A stretch of DNA of 14,597 nt from Candidatus Thorarchaeota archaeon (GTDB taxonomy: Archaea > Asgardarchaeota > Thorarchaeia > Thorarchaeales > Thorarchaeaceae): contig SHMX01000014.1 of NCBI GenBank assembly GCA_008080745.1, positions 1 through 14,597 on the forward strand. The letters run 5' to 3'. Below are positions 14,597 to 14,597 of this stretch, one piece after another (position 1 is the stretch's first letter; each line of letters opens with the position of its first letter). Both the position numbers and the translations under genes were made by a program. Below the pieces are notes generated by a model. The model saw nothing but the letters and a program-made list of their open reading frames with translations, made no database searches and was not told the origin of the DNA.

Positions 14597-14597
14597 C
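14458..14597. repeat. Intragenic tandem repeat of the rhodanese module, outer copy (continues beyond the window)
   Basis: Encodes LNMLGYDAVSLLFGMSSWTTDPEVYAKRFNPETHAGDYTIDTEAHE, identical to the inner copy. Confidence 0.95.

Overview
GC-rich bacterial window; gene content suggests Chloroflexota/Anaerolineae (inference only). Almost all genes are on the minus strand. The main result is at the right end. The two ORFs called separately (13790..14590 rhodanese; 12554..13780 ten-heme cytochrome c) are in the same frame. They are separated only by a TGA (13790-13792) in the context SGEG-*-GGELPPLEAW, which is followed 10 nt later by a 17-nt stem-loop with a G-U apical loop, a good match to a bacterial SECIS. 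I read them as one membrane-anchored selenoprotein: tandem rhodanese domains, one heme motif, Sec, ten more heme motifs, and a C-terminal TM helix. It is followed by a Tat-exported HybA-like 4x[4Fe-4S] subunit and a HybB/NrfD-like membrane subunit. This looks like a quinone-linked sulfur/chalcogen respiratory complex whose catalytic subunit is not a molybdoenzyme. The rest of the window is a rearranged accessory region. It holds an N-formylglutamate-amidohydrolase-like gene with a probably leaderless promoter, an epoxide-hydrolase-like gene, DUF427, a GNAT, a 1,496-bp IS4-superfamily element with 15-bp TIRs, a truncated MalT-type regulator, a lipoprotein esterase, and an OppC/DppC permease fused to an apparently inactive M28 peptidase domain. 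A 549-bp direct repeat (4 SNPs) brackets 8.7 kb of this region. The left end is a mosaic of gene fragments (ABC binding-protein tail, leuS fragment), and three REP-like hairpin families are present. All family assignments come from motif recognition by eye; no database search was run.
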